From Candidatus Cloacimonadota bacterium (GTDB taxonomy: Bacteria > Cloacimonadota > Cloacimonadia > G963667145): a DNA stretch of 64,000 nt. Shown here piece by piece: positions 9,795 to 19,672 of this stretch. Every line of letters starts with the position of its first letter. Position 1 is the stretch's first letter. A program made the translations under genes and the position numbers. The stretch covers positions 64,001-128,000 of the forward strand of contig OY762940.1 of assembly GCA_963667255.1 (NCBI GenBank), given 5' to 3'. Below the pieces are notes generated by a model, which ran no database searches, was not told the DNA's origin, and worked only from the letters and a program-made list of their open reading frames with translations.

Positions 9795-10573
9795 TATTTG
9801 TAATCAATAGAATAAGTTAAGAGAATCTCCCTGTTTACTTTTGAACTTTCGTTAGAATTGAACTCAGGAGCATTTACCAAAATATCGTTGAAGTTGACCT
9901 GCAAAGCCAAATTAGGTGTCACTTCCAGTTTCAAACCGGCGTTCAGATAACCTCTGCCTTTGCCCAAGAGATTTTTCTTGTCCGCTACATTCGACTTGTC
10001 GCTTTCGTAGTCGTTGATACCCACACTGTAATCAACCAGCAAATTGAGCTTATTTCCTATGGATTTATCAAAACCGAAGAAAATATCCAAATCTCTGTCT
10101 TCATCATTTTCCAAAGAGTAGTTAGTTCCGAGAGACAGCCCCAAATTTCCCATAAAAAGGTAATTCTTGCTAAGCACCAAATAGATTCCCTTGGACTTGT
10201 AATCGTAGCGTTTGTAATCTTTCCAATAACGACCGGAGCCTTGATTGTCAAATCCGAAAACAACAGCAGGATTTTTTTCGGTTTCGTCCATTATCCGATA
10301 TTTAGCGGAAAAACCGATAATTTTTTGCCATTCAGGCTCTCTGTCTCCAACGACATTTTCTCCGGAAAAGCTAACACCAAACATAAAATACTGTACCAAA
10401 CCGACATTCGCTCCGACCATCAATCCGTCGTTTTTGAAAAGTTTGGAAGCGATTTCAGCTTCCCCTTTTTGCAAAATACCAGCGGTAGGAATACCGGCTA
10501 AACTTCTAATTTCTCTCGCATTCAGACCCATAAAAATCGAACAAAAAACAGAAAATAAAATAATTTTTTTCAT
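9794..10573 (-). CDS. Exported/outer-membrane beta-rich protein (YjbH-like)
   Basis: Signal peptide MKKIILF (ATG at 10573), IPTAGIL motif, alternating beta-strand pattern. Confidence 0.55.
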   Translation of the reverse strand: MKKIILFSVFCSIFMGLNAREIRSLAGIPTAGILQKGEAEIASKLFKNDGLMVGANVGLVQYFMFGVSFSGENVVGDREPEWQKIIGFSAKYRIMDETEKNPAVVFGFDNQGSGRYWKDYKRYDYKSKGIYLVLSKNYLFMGNLGLSLGTNYSLENDEDRDLDIFFGFDKSIGNKLNLLVDYSVGINDYESDKSNVADKKNLLGKGRGYLNAGLKLEVTPNLALQVNFNDILVNAPEFNSNESSKVNREILLTYSIDYK

Positions 10574-10606
10574 CAAAGTTTTCCCCTCTCTCAAATAACG
10601 CATAAT

Positions 10607-11521
10607 TTACATCGCAAATTCATTGTCAATATAACTCAGAATTGTAGGCAAGTTGTTCTTTTCAGCAGATAATGTCAAATCAAACTTAATTTTTCTATAC
10701 CAAGTAAGTTGTCGCTTGGCAAAGTTTCTGGAGTCCTGTTTGGCTTTTTCCACACACACCTGCAACGATGCTTTGCCCGCAAAATACGGCTCAAACTCCT
10801 TGTAGCCGACTGTGTTCAGCCCCGGTGTCCCCCAAGAATAACCTCGCTCCAACAAAGATTTTATTTCATCCAACAATCCAAGCTCCATCATCGTATCAAA
10901 TCGCTTGTCAATTCTAGAGTAAAGCTCCGTCCTGTCTCGCTCCAACAAAATATTCACACATCTGAAATCGGTATCAGTTTCCACCTGTTCTTCCCAAAAA
11001 GAGGACAGAGGCTTCCCACAGCTAAAATAGACCAACAACGCTCTCTCAATCCTCGAAAAGTCGTTGGAATGCACCTTTGCCGCAATCTTCGGGTCAACCT
11101 CACATAACTTCTCATAGCGATTTTTAATCTCGGACAATTCAGCTCGTGCATCATCGATAACCTCGGGAATATTGTTCAGCCCCTGCAAAAATGCCTTGAT
11201 ATAAAAGCCAGTTCCTCCGACCAAGAGCGGAACTCTTCCCACATTATCCGCAACTATGGACTTCGCTCTTCTGACAAACTCACCAGCACTAAATCGCTCC
11301 CGCGGGTCTATCTCGCCAACAAGAAAATGGCTCACGAGACTAAGTTCATCATCAGAAGGTTTTGCCGTCCCAATCTTCATTCCCTTGTAAATTTGTCTGG
11401 AATCGGCAGAGATGATATAGCCGTTTAGAGACTGAGCCAAACTCAAAGCCAAATCGCTCTTGCCTACGGCTGTAGGTCCTTGCAAAGCAATAAGTAATGG
11501 TTTCTTATTTTTGTTCAACAA
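10607..11521 (-). CDS. miaA: tRNA dimethylallyltransferase
   Basis: GPTAVGKS, ISADSRQIY, VGGTGFY, FAKRQLTW. Confidence 0.97.
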   Translation of the reverse strand: MLNKNKKPLLIALQGPTAVGKSDLALSLAQSLNGYIISADSRQIYKGMKIGTAKPSDDELSLVSHFLVGEIDPRERFSAGEFVRRAKSIVADNVGRVPLLVGGTGFYIKAFLQGLNNIPEVIDDARAELSEIKNRYEKLCEVDPKIAAKVHSNDFSRIERALLVYFSCGKPLSSFWEEQVETDTDFRCVNILLERDRTELYSRIDKRFDTMMELGLLDEIKSLLERGYSWGTPGLNTVGYKEFEPYFAGKASLQVCVEKAKQDSRNFAKRQLTWYRKIKFDLTLSAEKNNLPTILSYIDNEFAM

Positions 11522-11524
11522 TTC

Positions 11525-13330
11525 CTAAGTTCTCTTGAATTTCTTTTCCAAATCAGCAATGGTAATCTTGGTGATAGTCGGTCTGCCGTGCGGACAAAAA
11601 TACGGAACTTGAGTCGCAAATAGCTCATTGATAAGGTGGAGCATCTGAATGCCCGACAACTTCTCTCCGGCTTTGATGGCAGCTTTGCAAGCGATACTGG
11701 CAGCCAAATTTTCCCGAAAATCGCTCTTCCTCTTTAGTCGTTGCTCCAAATCCTCGAAGAAAGAGACAAAGAAATCGGCAGAATTCCAGTCCCTCAACTC
11801 CGACGGGACCTCTTGGATAACCACGGAATTTCCGCTAAACTCCTTGATAAAAATGCCCACTTTCCCAAAATCATCAATATTTTCCCGCACAGTATCCTTC
11901 ACACTTTCCGAGAGAAAAGAGGGCAAATCAACCACAATGGGAAAAGCCAATTTCTGCGTAACCACGGTAGCCCCGTTCAATCTCTGCAACACCCTCTCGT
12001 AAAGCACCCTCTCATGAGCAGCATGCTGGTCGATAGCCAACAATCCACTTTCGTCCTGAATAAAAATATAACTCTGATGCAACTGCCACGGATTGATAAT
12101 GTTGAGTTCGGAATCGAGAGAAACCCTGACCGAAGAAACATCTTTCCCAGTTTCTTCCAAATCGTCATCTCCCATATTTCCACCAAAGATATCCAACTGC
12201 TCGGAAGCGACCGTTTGCGATTTGTCCGTTTTCTTTTGCAAGCGGTTATACATCTGCTTTTCACTCTCCGCCAAAGGTGCAAGATTTTCCTTTACCCTCT
12301 CCTGCAACGCCTCGAACTTTTCTCTTTCCCATGCCAAATAAGCGGTGTTCACAGCCTTGTTTACGCAATTATATACGAGCGAAGTGTCCAAAAACCGCAC
12401 TTCCTGTTTTGCCGGATGAACATTGAAATCGACCAACTCCGCATCAATCTGCAAAAATAGAATGAACGGAGGAACTTTGTTTCCAAATTTTTTAATTGCC
12501 GGCTCGTAACCCTTGGCAATTGCGTGAAAAATCAATGGATTTTTTACAAATCGACCGTTAATAAACAGATATTTCATATTCGGGAAAAGTTCCGAAGATT
12601 TCTCAAAATTGCCTATAAACCCGCTCACTGTAACGGTTGGCTTTTCAAAAGAATCGACTGGGATAAACTCGGCATCGATAAATTTTTTCCCGAAAACCAA
12701 CTCAACTCGCTTCAAGCTGTTTTTCATTGCAGGGTAGTCAAAAATCTTGCGGTCGTTGTGATATAGAACAAAGTGAATATCAGGATGAACGACAGTCTGA
12801 CAGTGAAGATAGTTCAAAATGTGGCGATACTCAACATCTGTCGATTTCAGGAATTTCCGTCGGGCAGGCAACTTCAGAAATAAACTGGTAACTTTGATGG
12901 TTGTGCCGTTCACACCGCTACTTTTTTCCATCGCCTTCAGCACACCAAAATTGAAAATAATCTTGTTCGCCAACATCTCATCAGCGGTCTTGCTAACCAT
13001 CTCCACTCTCGCCACAGAAGCGATGCTCGGTAGAGCCTCTCCTCTAAATCCCAAAGATTTAACCCTAAAAATGTCCGCTTCCGTCGCAATTTTGCTGGTG
13101 GCATGTCGCTCAAAAGCAAGCATCATATCTTGCGAATCCATCCCCTCACCATCATCAATAACCGTGACACCTCTCTTGCCGCCCATCAAAATCCGCACTT
13201 CGATGTTAGTCGCCTTGGCATCGATAGAGTTCTCCACCAGTTCCTTCACAATGGAATAGGGTCGCTCGATGACCTCACCAGCAGCTATTTTGTTGGAAAC
13301 TTGCTCGGACAGTATATTAATTTTGCTCAT
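11525..13330 (-). CDS. mutL: DNA mismatch repair endonuclease MutL
   Basis: KIAAGEVIERP, GFRGEALPSI, DQHAAHERVLYE, ACKAAIK, CPHGRPT. Confidence 0.98.
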   Translation of the reverse strand: MSKINILSEQVSNKIAAGEVIERPYSIVKELVENSIDAKATNIEVRILMGGKRGVTVIDDGEGMDSQDMMLAFERHATSKIATEADIFRVKSLGFRGEALPSIASVARVEMVSKTADEMLANKIIFNFGVLKAMEKSSGVNGTTIKVTSLFLKLPARRKFLKSTDVEYRHILNYLHCQTVVHPDIHFVLYHNDRKIFDYPAMKNSLKRVELVFGKKFIDAEFIPVDSFEKPTVTVSGFIGNFEKSSELFPNMKYLFINGRFVKNPLIFHAIAKGYEPAIKKFGNKVPPFILFLQIDAELVDFNVHPAKQEVRFLDTSLVYNCVNKAVNTAYLAWEREKFEALQERVKENLAPLAESEKQMYNRLQKKTDKSQTVASEQLDIFGGNMGDDDLEETGKDVSSVRVSLDSELNIINPWQLHQSYIFIQDESGLLAIDQHAAHERVLYERVLQRLNGATVVTQKLAFPIVVDLPSFLSESVKDTVRENIDDFGKVGIFIKEFSGNSVVIQEVPSELRDWNSADFFVSFFEDLEQRLKRKSDFRENLAASIACKAAIKAGEKLSGIQMLHLINELFATQVPYFCPHGRPTITKITIADLEKKFKRT

Positions 13331-14250
13331 TTCTTCATTTTATCCCTGGGATGATTTTTTTTGTAAATTTCCTTGATTTTGCTGAGACTGACATGCGTGT
13401 AAATCTCCGTCGTCGATAAGTTGGAATGCCCCAACATCTCTTGAACCGCTTTCAAATCTGCCCCCGCATCCAATAAGTGTGTCGCAAAAGAGTGACGAAT
13501 GCTGTGCGGAGAACAGCCTTTGCTGTCAGCCACCAAGTCCAAATATCTGCCAATAATCTGTCTCAACTGGTCAGCATCCATCGGCAATCCACTCTTGGAA
13601 ACAAACAAAACTTCCGTATCCCGAGGAGAGAAACTATCGCGGATTTTCAAATAATCGGACAGAGCCTGCAACGCAAATTTTCCCACAGGCACTATTCGCT
13701 GCTTATTGCCTTTTCCTATCAAATCTATCAACCCTTTTTTGAAATCTATCTGACCAATTGTGCAAGAAGCCACTTCCGAAATCCGCAGTCCACACGAATA
13801 CATCAACTCCAAAATCGCCTTGTTGCGAATCCCAAATTTGTCATTATTTTCCGGAATGGACAACAGCCTTTCCATCTGATTTTTATCGAGAAAGACAGGC
13901 AAATGCGAACTGAATTTCGGCAACTTCATCCCCGCAACAAGATTGCTCTTGACCAGACCCTCTTTGAACATATAAGCATAAAAATCCTTAATCACCACCA
14001 TTTTGTGCGACATCGACCTATTGCTCAGTCCCTTCTGCATCGACTTGGCAAAATAAGCCTTCAACACAACCTTGCTCACCTTATCCAAATCCGCTTCATC
14101 TCCGAAGCCCTCTTTGATAAAACCGCTAAAATCTTTCAGTTCATTTTGATAAGAAGTGATGGTATTTTCCGCCATCTCTCTGGCTCTCATATAGTCCAAA
14201 TATTTTTTAATTTTCATATCCAACATAACAAAAGAACTCTCTTTTATCAT
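13327..14250 (-). CDS. xerC: Tyrosine recombinase XerC/XerD type
   Basis: GLRISE, GKGNKQR, HSIRHSFATHLL, LGHSNLSTTEIYTHV; C versus D assignment uncertain. Confidence 0.8.
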   Translation of the reverse strand: MIKESSFVMLDMKIKKYLDYMRAREMAENTITSYQNELKDFSGFIKEGFGDEADLDKVSKVVLKAYFAKSMQKGLSNRSMSHKMVVIKDFYAYMFKEGLVKSNLVAGMKLPKFSSHLPVFLDKNQMERLLSIPENNDKFGIRNKAILELMYSCGLRISEVASCTIGQIDFKKGLIDLIGKGNKQRIVPVGKFALQALSDYLKIRDSFSPRDTEVLFVSKSGLPMDADQLRQIIGRYLDLVADSKGCSPHSIRHSFATHLLDAGADLKAVQEMLGHSNLSTTEIYTHVSLSKIKEIYKKNHPRDKMKK

Positions 14251-14406
14251 CCATTCTAAGTCAAGGAAAAATTAGCTTATTAACCAAATCACAACAAAAA
14301 TGTCAAGCAGAGTGTAACTCACACAATTGACAAGAATTATCACTAATTTAAGGAAATTGCTTGCCTTATTTCTTACAACCAAAAAAATGTGAAACAAGAA
14401 TATAAT

Positions 14407-14483
14407 CGGGGTGTGGCTCAGTCCGGTAGAGCACAGTGTTCGGGACGCTGGGGCCGTAGGTTCAAATCCTATCACCCCGACCA
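14407..14483 (+). tRNA. tRNA-Pro(CGG)
   Basis: Cloverleaf CGGGGTG...CACCCCG-ACCA, anticodon loop TTCGGGA, T-loop GTTCAAATC. Confidence 0.95.
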
Positions 14484-14524
14484 TTTTTTTTTATACCCTT
14501 TATTTTATTAATGAACTATTTTAG

Positions 14525-15595
14525 ATGAATTTTAACAGAAACAACAAGAAGGTATTAGTTACAGGAGCTGCCGGCTTTATAGGTCTGCACCTGTGCCTGC
14601 GACTTCTCGACAAAGGATACGAAGTTATCGGACTGGACAATATTAACAGCTATTACGCCGTTGAGCTAAAACACGGCAGATTAGCTGAGCTGGGAATCGA
14701 AGTTGACAAAATTCAGTGGAACACTCTCATCTGTAGCAACTCTTTCCCCAACTTCAAATTCATCCAAGCCAATCTGGAAGACAAGACAACCATCGATAAT
14801 CTCTTCTCAACCCAAAATTTCGACAACGCTTGTCATTTGGCGGCACAAGCTGGAGTTCGTTACAGCCTGATAAACCCCGATGCTTATATCCAAAGCAATA
14901 TTGTGGGATTCTTGAATATTCTGGAGGCTTGCCGTCACCACAAAGTGAAAGCACTTACTTATGCAAGTTCATCGAGTGTTTACGGGATGAACGGAAAACA
15001 GCCGTTTTCCACCTCCGATAATGTTGACCATCCCGTTTCCCTCTACGCTGCCAGCAAAAAAGCCAACGAGCTGATGGCACACACCTACTCTCATCTCTAC
15101 AATCTCCCGACTACAGGATTGCGATTTTTCACTGTTTACGGACCTTGGGGCAGACCGGATATGGCACCTTTTTTATTCACAAAAGCCATCATCGAAGACA
15201 AACCCATTGATGTTTACAATAGCGGAGATATGCAACGAGATTTCACCTACATCGACGATATCATCGAGGGTGTAATGAAAGTTATCGAAAGCCAGCCGAA
15301 CGGAGCAAACCCCCAAAATCTTAATACTTCATCTTCTCTTGCCCCTTACAAAATTTACAACATCGGCAACAGTTCTCCCGTAAATCTAATGGATTTTATT
15401 TCGGCTATAGAGAAGAAACTGGACAAAAAAGCACAAATGAATTTCCTCCCTATGCAACCTGGAGATGTCCCTTCCACTTGGGCGGACACAAAAGATTTGG
15501 AAAAAGATTTTGATTATAAACCAAATACAGATATTCAAACAGGTATCAACCATTTTATTGATTGGTATAAAGAGTTTTACAATATTTACGCTTAA
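14525..15595 (+). CDS. NAD-dependent epimerase (UDP-glucuronate 4-epimerase/CapI-like)
   Basis: TGAAGFIG, HLAAQAGVRYS, YAASKKANE, RFFTVYGPWGRPDMA. Confidence 0.92.
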   Translation: MNFNRNNKKVLVTGAAGFIGLHLCLRLLDKGYEVIGLDNINSYYAVELKHGRLAELGIEVDKIQWNTLICSNSFPNFKFIQANLEDKTTIDNLFSTQNFDNACHLAAQAGVRYSLINPDAYIQSNIVGFLNILEACRHHKVKALTYASSSSVYGMNGKQPFSTSDNVDHPVSLYAASKKANELMAHTYSHLYNLPTTGLRFFTVYGPWGRPDMAPFLFTKAIIEDKPIDVYNSGDMQRDFTYIDDIIEGVMKVIESQPNGANPQNLNTSSSLAPYKIYNIGNSSPVNLMDFISAIEKKLDKKAQMNFLPMQPGDVPSTWADTKDLEKDFDYKPNTDIQTGINHFIDWYKEFYNIYA

Positions 15596-15626
15596 TAAAA
15601 ACAAATAAATCAAAGGAGTTCTTATA

Positions 15627-16574
15627 ATGAAAGAATTAGTAGTAATTGCACTTGGTGGAAATGCCATCAAACAAGCTGGAGAAGAAGGCACAGACCAACA
15701 ACAATTTACCAACATAGACATCGCCTCCAAACAAATCGTGAAATTGAGCCAAGCTGGCTATAAGTTAGTAGTAACTCACGGCAACGGTCCTCAAGCAGGA
15801 AACCTTTTAATCCAACAAGAAGAAGGGAAATCTTTGGTTCCCGCTCTTCCTCTCAATGTTGTAGGCGGGATGACCCAAGGTCAAATAGGTTATATGTTCC
15901 AAAACAGACTGCAAAACAATTTTAGTCTTGTAGGAAAAAATGTTTCCGCTGTATCTTTGGTAACTCAAGTTTTGGTAGATAAAGATGACCCTGATTTTAA
16001 AGACCCTTCTAAACCAGTTGGACCATTCTACACAAAAGAAGAGGCTGCTGACCTCAGAGACAATAAAGGCTATATCGTAAAAGAGGTTAAGCCCGGTGTA
16101 GAAAAAAGTTGGAGAAGAGTTGTGCCGTCTCCTGAGCCAAAAGACATCGTAGAAAAAGATGCTATTAACGCTCTTATCGCTTCAGGCGTTGTTACTATCG
16201 CTTGCGGTGGTGGTGGTATTCCTGTAAAACAAGACGGAAAGCAAATCATCGGAATCGAAGGCGTTATCGACAAAGACAAAACCGGTAATGTCCTCGCTCA
16301 GTCCGTTAACGCTGATGTTTTGATGATTTTGACAGATGTGGAAAACGCCCTTATCAACTACAACAAGCCTAACCAAAAAGCCGTTGGTTCCGTGACTGTC
16401 GATGAGATGCAAAAGCTTTTTGATGAAGGTCACTTCCTCGGTGGTTCTATGGGACCAAAAGTTGAAGCTGCTATGCGTTTCGTGAGAGCAACCGGTAAAA
16501 AAGCTATCATTACTTCTTTGGACAAAGCCGAAGACGCTCTTGCCGGCAAAACCGGAACAATCATTAGTTCGTAA
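15627..16574 (+). CDS. arcC: Carbamate kinase
   Basis: ALGGNA, THGNGPQ, PSKPVGPFY, RRVVPSP, GGGGIP, VIDKD, GSMGPK. Confidence 0.95.
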   Translation: MKELVVIALGGNAIKQAGEEGTDQQQFTNIDIASKQIVKLSQAGYKLVVTHGNGPQAGNLLIQQEEGKSLVPALPLNVVGGMTQGQIGYMFQNRLQNNFSLVGKNVSAVSLVTQVLVDKDDPDFKDPSKPVGPFYTKEEAADLRDNKGYIVKEVKPGVEKSWRRVVPSPEPKDIVEKDAINALIASGVVTIACGGGGIPVKQDGKQIIGIEGVIDKDKTGNVLAQSVNADVLMILTDVENALINYNKPNQKAVGSVTVDEMQKLFDEGHFLGGSMGPKVEAAMRFVRATGKKAIITSLDKAEDALAGKTGTIISS

Positions 16575-16589
16575 TTTTTAATCCAAAAT

Positions 16590-16621
16590 AAAAAAGCTGA
16601 GTTTTTAACTCAGCTTTTTTT
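16590..16621. terminator. Bidirectional intrinsic terminator
   Basis: AAAAAAGCTGAGTT-TTT-AACTCAGCTTTTTT between convergent genes. Confidence 0.85.
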
Positions 16622-16634
16622 CTGCCCAAAATTT

Positions 16635-17159
16635 CTACAACTCTTGCAACGCCTTAACAACAGTATTTACAATCACAGAATAGTAAGCAAATTCACGATT
16701 TTCTTCAAATTTGCCAATGGAAGCCTTGAAAGTTCTGTAAGTATTCCCAGAGAATTTTTTCGCAGCAATTTCGGAATCGCCTTTCTTTACGATAAGTTCT
16801 ATATCACAATCTACATCTGTTAACACTTTGGAACTGAAAGCGTGCAAGTTCCGATTTATCTTCAACTTCACAACCACTTCAAAATTAGAGTCTGCAGAAT
16901 TTAATCCATTCTCTTCTAATTTTCCAGAAATAAATTTCGAAAAATATTGTTCCAATTGATTTCTATTCAGACAATTATTCTCTTCAGGTTTGGTAGATTC
17001 TTCATCCTCAACTACAACCTCTTTCAAAACAAAAGTTTTCTCACTATTCGCAAACATCTGTTTTGCATCAGCAGAATTAAACGGATAATACGGCTTTTTG
17101 GTAGCACAACCAAACATTAACACTGATGCAAAAACAAACAGCAACATTTTAATTTTCAT
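16635..17159 (-). CDS. Hypothetical lipoprotein
   Basis: GGAG RBS, signal peptide with lipobox MFGC. Confidence 0.65.
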   Translation of the reverse strand: MKIKMLLFVFASVLMFGCATKKPYYPFNSADAKQMFANSEKTFVLKEVVVEDEESTKPEENNCLNRNQLEQYFSKFISGKLEENGLNSADSNFEVVVKLKINRNLHAFSSKVLTDVDCDIELIVKKGDSEIAAKKFSGNTYRTFKASIGKFEENREFAYYSVIVNTVVKALQEL

Positions 17160-17221
17160 TTTCTCTCCAACATCGTTTTCATTACTCTGAAATCATTCAA
17201 AAAATGTCAACACAATACAAC

Positions 17222-17251
17222 AAAAAAAGGCAACTTGAAAAAGTCGCCTTT
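17222..17251 (-). terminator. Intrinsic terminator
   Basis: AAAGGCGACTT..AAGTTGCC-T7 on - strand just after the PLP enzyme stop. Confidence 0.7.
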
Positions 17252-17267
17252 GATATTTTCGTTTAAA

Positions 17268-18746
17268 TTAATCTTCCAAAAGACCTACATCTTTGTTGAA
17301 TTGCTTGATTTTTTCATCCCAAAATTCCATGCAGTCAAATCTCTCATCCCAATAGTTCTCATCGAACCATTGAGCATTAATCTCTTCCACAGTCTTACCT
17401 TGTTGCTCTACCCAAGTGAAATATTTAAGATTGTGCATTCTTCTCTTGTCAACATGCGTAAGCTCCATAGCGTATTCGGTGTCAAGTCCCATCAAAGAAG
17501 CCTTATAAGCAACAGCAGCAGCAACATTATCAAACTTGCCTTTCATCTCTGCTTGCTCTTTGAGGCGAGATTGATACATCTCCATAGAGTCTGTAGCAAC
17601 TGTGAAAACGCAATCGTTTTCGTTCATCTCGTAGTATTTAGCCATCTTGATAGCACCCATCATATTAGCGATGCTGGAGATACCCAAAAGATGCAATTTG
17701 CCAATAAGGTCTTTGCTCACGCCTTTGGCAGCAAGAAGTTTTTGACCTTCAGCCTCGTTGAATAGACGCATAATCTCCATATTAGCTTCATCGTCAATCC
17801 CAATAACCATATCAGTGCTCTTTAGATTGTGTATCCAAGGAACATGCTTGTCGCCGATACCCTCAATCTTGTGTCCACCAAATCCGTTCTCAAGCAAAGT
17901 AGGGCATTGCAAAGCCTCGCCTGCAGCCAATTTAACGGTCGGAGAATGATATTTTTTGAGATAATCTGCACAAGCAAGCGTGCCTGCAGAACCTTGAGTA
18001 AGGAAAACGCCAGCCAATCTTTGACCTTTGTCGGCATTCTTATCAAAAACCTCTTTCATCGCTCTACCGGTTACATTGTAATGCCACATACTATTGCCAA
18101 AATTCTCGAATTGGTTGAAGTTCAAAACAGCTTCGCCTCTCTCGGCAACCAACTCTTTAGCTTTATCATAAATCTCTTTCACATTGGATTCACAACCAGG
18201 TGTAGCAAAAACTTCAGCACCAATCTTGCGAAGCCAATCAAATCTCTCTTGGCTCATCTCTTCGGGAAGGATAGCGATGGAGCTATATCCCAAAAGATAA
18301 GAATCGTAAGCACCACCACGGCAATAGTTACCAGTGGAAGGCCAAATAGCTTTTTGAGTAGTAGGGTCAAACTCGCCCATAGTCATAGCTTGGATAAGCG
18401 GACCGTAAGTTGCACCCACTTTGTGAGCTCCAGTCGGGAAGTATTTACCAACCAAAATGAAAATTCTGGCATCCACACCGGAAATAGCTTTTGGAATTTC
18501 CACGAAATTCACATCGCCAAATCCTTTACCTTCGTGTTGAGGATCGGCAACCTCTTCGTTTTTCCAAGTGATACGGAACAAATTAGCAGGGTCCAAATCC
18601 CAAATAGACAAATCTTTCAATTTATTTTTAATGCTTTGCGGGACAGTCTCGGGATTAATTTGTTGTGCCAAAGTCGGCAATATCACATTTCTCTTGCGAC
18701 ATTGCTCAACGGCGGTTTGATAAACCTCTTTTTTGGTTTTAGCCAT
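17268..18746 (-). CDS. PLP-dependent enzyme, fold type II (TrpB/cysteine synthase superfamily), substrate unknown
   Basis: FPTGAHKVG (PLP lysine), PSTGNY, GSAGTL, HKIEGIGD. Confidence 0.8.
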   Translation of the reverse strand: MAKTKKEVYQTAVEQCRKRNVILPTLAQQINPETVPQSIKNKLKDLSIWDLDPANLFRITWKNEEVADPQHEGKGFGDVNFVEIPKAISGVDARIFILVGKYFPTGAHKVGATYGPLIQAMTMGEFDPTTQKAIWPSTGNYCRGGAYDSYLLGYSSIAILPEEMSQERFDWLRKIGAEVFATPGCESNVKEIYDKAKELVAERGEAVLNFNQFENFGNSMWHYNVTGRAMKEVFDKNADKGQRLAGVFLTQGSAGTLACADYLKKYHSPTVKLAAGEALQCPTLLENGFGGHKIEGIGDKHVPWIHNLKSTDMVIGIDDEANMEIMRLFNEAEGQKLLAAKGVSKDLIGKLHLLGISSIANMMGAIKMAKYYEMNENDCVFTVATDSMEMYQSRLKEQAEMKGKFDNVAAAVAYKASLMGLDTEYAMELTHVDKRRMHNLKYFTWVEQQGKTVEEINAQWFDENYWDERFDCMEFWDEKIKQFNKDVGLLED

Positions 18747-18781
18747 TTTCTAAATCTCCTTAAATTCATAAATATTTTAAA

Positions 18782-19651
18782 CTATTTTTTACAATCAACC
18801 CTAATTTGAGCTATAATAATTCCTGTCAACATAAAAACGCAACCGATTAATTCTCTATCAGTTATGATTTCTCCCAAAATCAAAAATCCACCCAAAGCAG
18901 CAAATAATGTCTCAAAACTGAGAATAATCGCGGCCGAAGACGGCCCGACATTTTTCTGCCCTACTATCTGTAGCGTATAGGCAACTCCCACGGACATTAT
19001 GCCTCCGTAAAGCAAAGGGAAAATACACTCCCGAACAGCACTGAGAGAAAAGCTCTCTAAAAACAGCGACAGCACCAAACTCAAAACAGCACAGAACGAA
19101 TATTGCACCAAGCAAAACTCCAGAGATTCCACTTTCTGCAAAAAAATATCCACGCTGGCTACATGGAAGGCAAAAAAAATGGAACTGCAAAAAACCAAAA
19201 AATCTCCGAAATTTATCTCCCCGTCATAGCTACTCATACTCAGAAGATACAATCCCAAGAACGCAAGAAAACATCCAATCCAAACCTCTTTTCTCGCTCT
19301 CTGTCCCGTAAAAATCCCAATTATCGGCACCAAAACAACATACAATCCTGTGATAAAACCGGTCTTGCCCGTAGTGGTATATTGGATGCCTATTTGTTGC
19401 AGAGTCGCACCGGAAAACAAAAAGAACCCGCCAATCAATCCATAGGTCAAATTCAGTTTCCCCAAAAGATTTGCTTTCTTGCCCCAAAAATAATAGACCA
19501 CTGCCAAAAAAATCACACCCAGAGTAAAGCGAATCCCGTTAAAAGCAAAAGGAGACAAACTCTCTGTGCCGATTTTTTGAGCGACAAAGGCACTTCCCCA
19601 GATTAAAGCAGTAAGAAATAACAGACCTTGAGAAAAATATTTATTCAGCAT
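18782..19651 (-). CDS. DMT/EamA family transporter
   Basis: IWGSAFVAQK, duplicated 5-TM architecture. Confidence 0.88.
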   Translation of the reverse strand: MLNKYFSQGLLFLTALIWGSAFVAQKIGTESLSPFAFNGIRFTLGVIFLAVVYYFWGKKANLLGKLNLTYGLIGGFFLFSGATLQQIGIQYTTTGKTGFITGLYVVLVPIIGIFTGQRARKEVWIGCFLAFLGLYLLSMSSYDGEINFGDFLVFCSSIFFAFHVASVDIFLQKVESLEFCLVQYSFCAVLSLVLSLFLESFSLSAVRECIFPLLYGGIMSVGVAYTLQIVGQKNVGPSSAAIILSFETLFAALGGFLILGEIITDRELIGCVFMLTGIIIAQIRVDCKK

Positions 19652-19672
19652 AAGACAACTTGCAATCTGCGA

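Noticed and set aside
13327..14483. Tyrosine recombinase beside tRNA-Pro as an integrated element
   Set aside because: Protein has XerC/D size and motifs, overlaps mutL in an operon, lies at the tRNA 5' side, and I found no duplicated tRNA 3' end.
17829..18809. Long antisense ORFs (e.g. 17829, 20539, 35908, 41879)
   Set aside because: They lie opposite well-supported genes and show no recognisable motifs.
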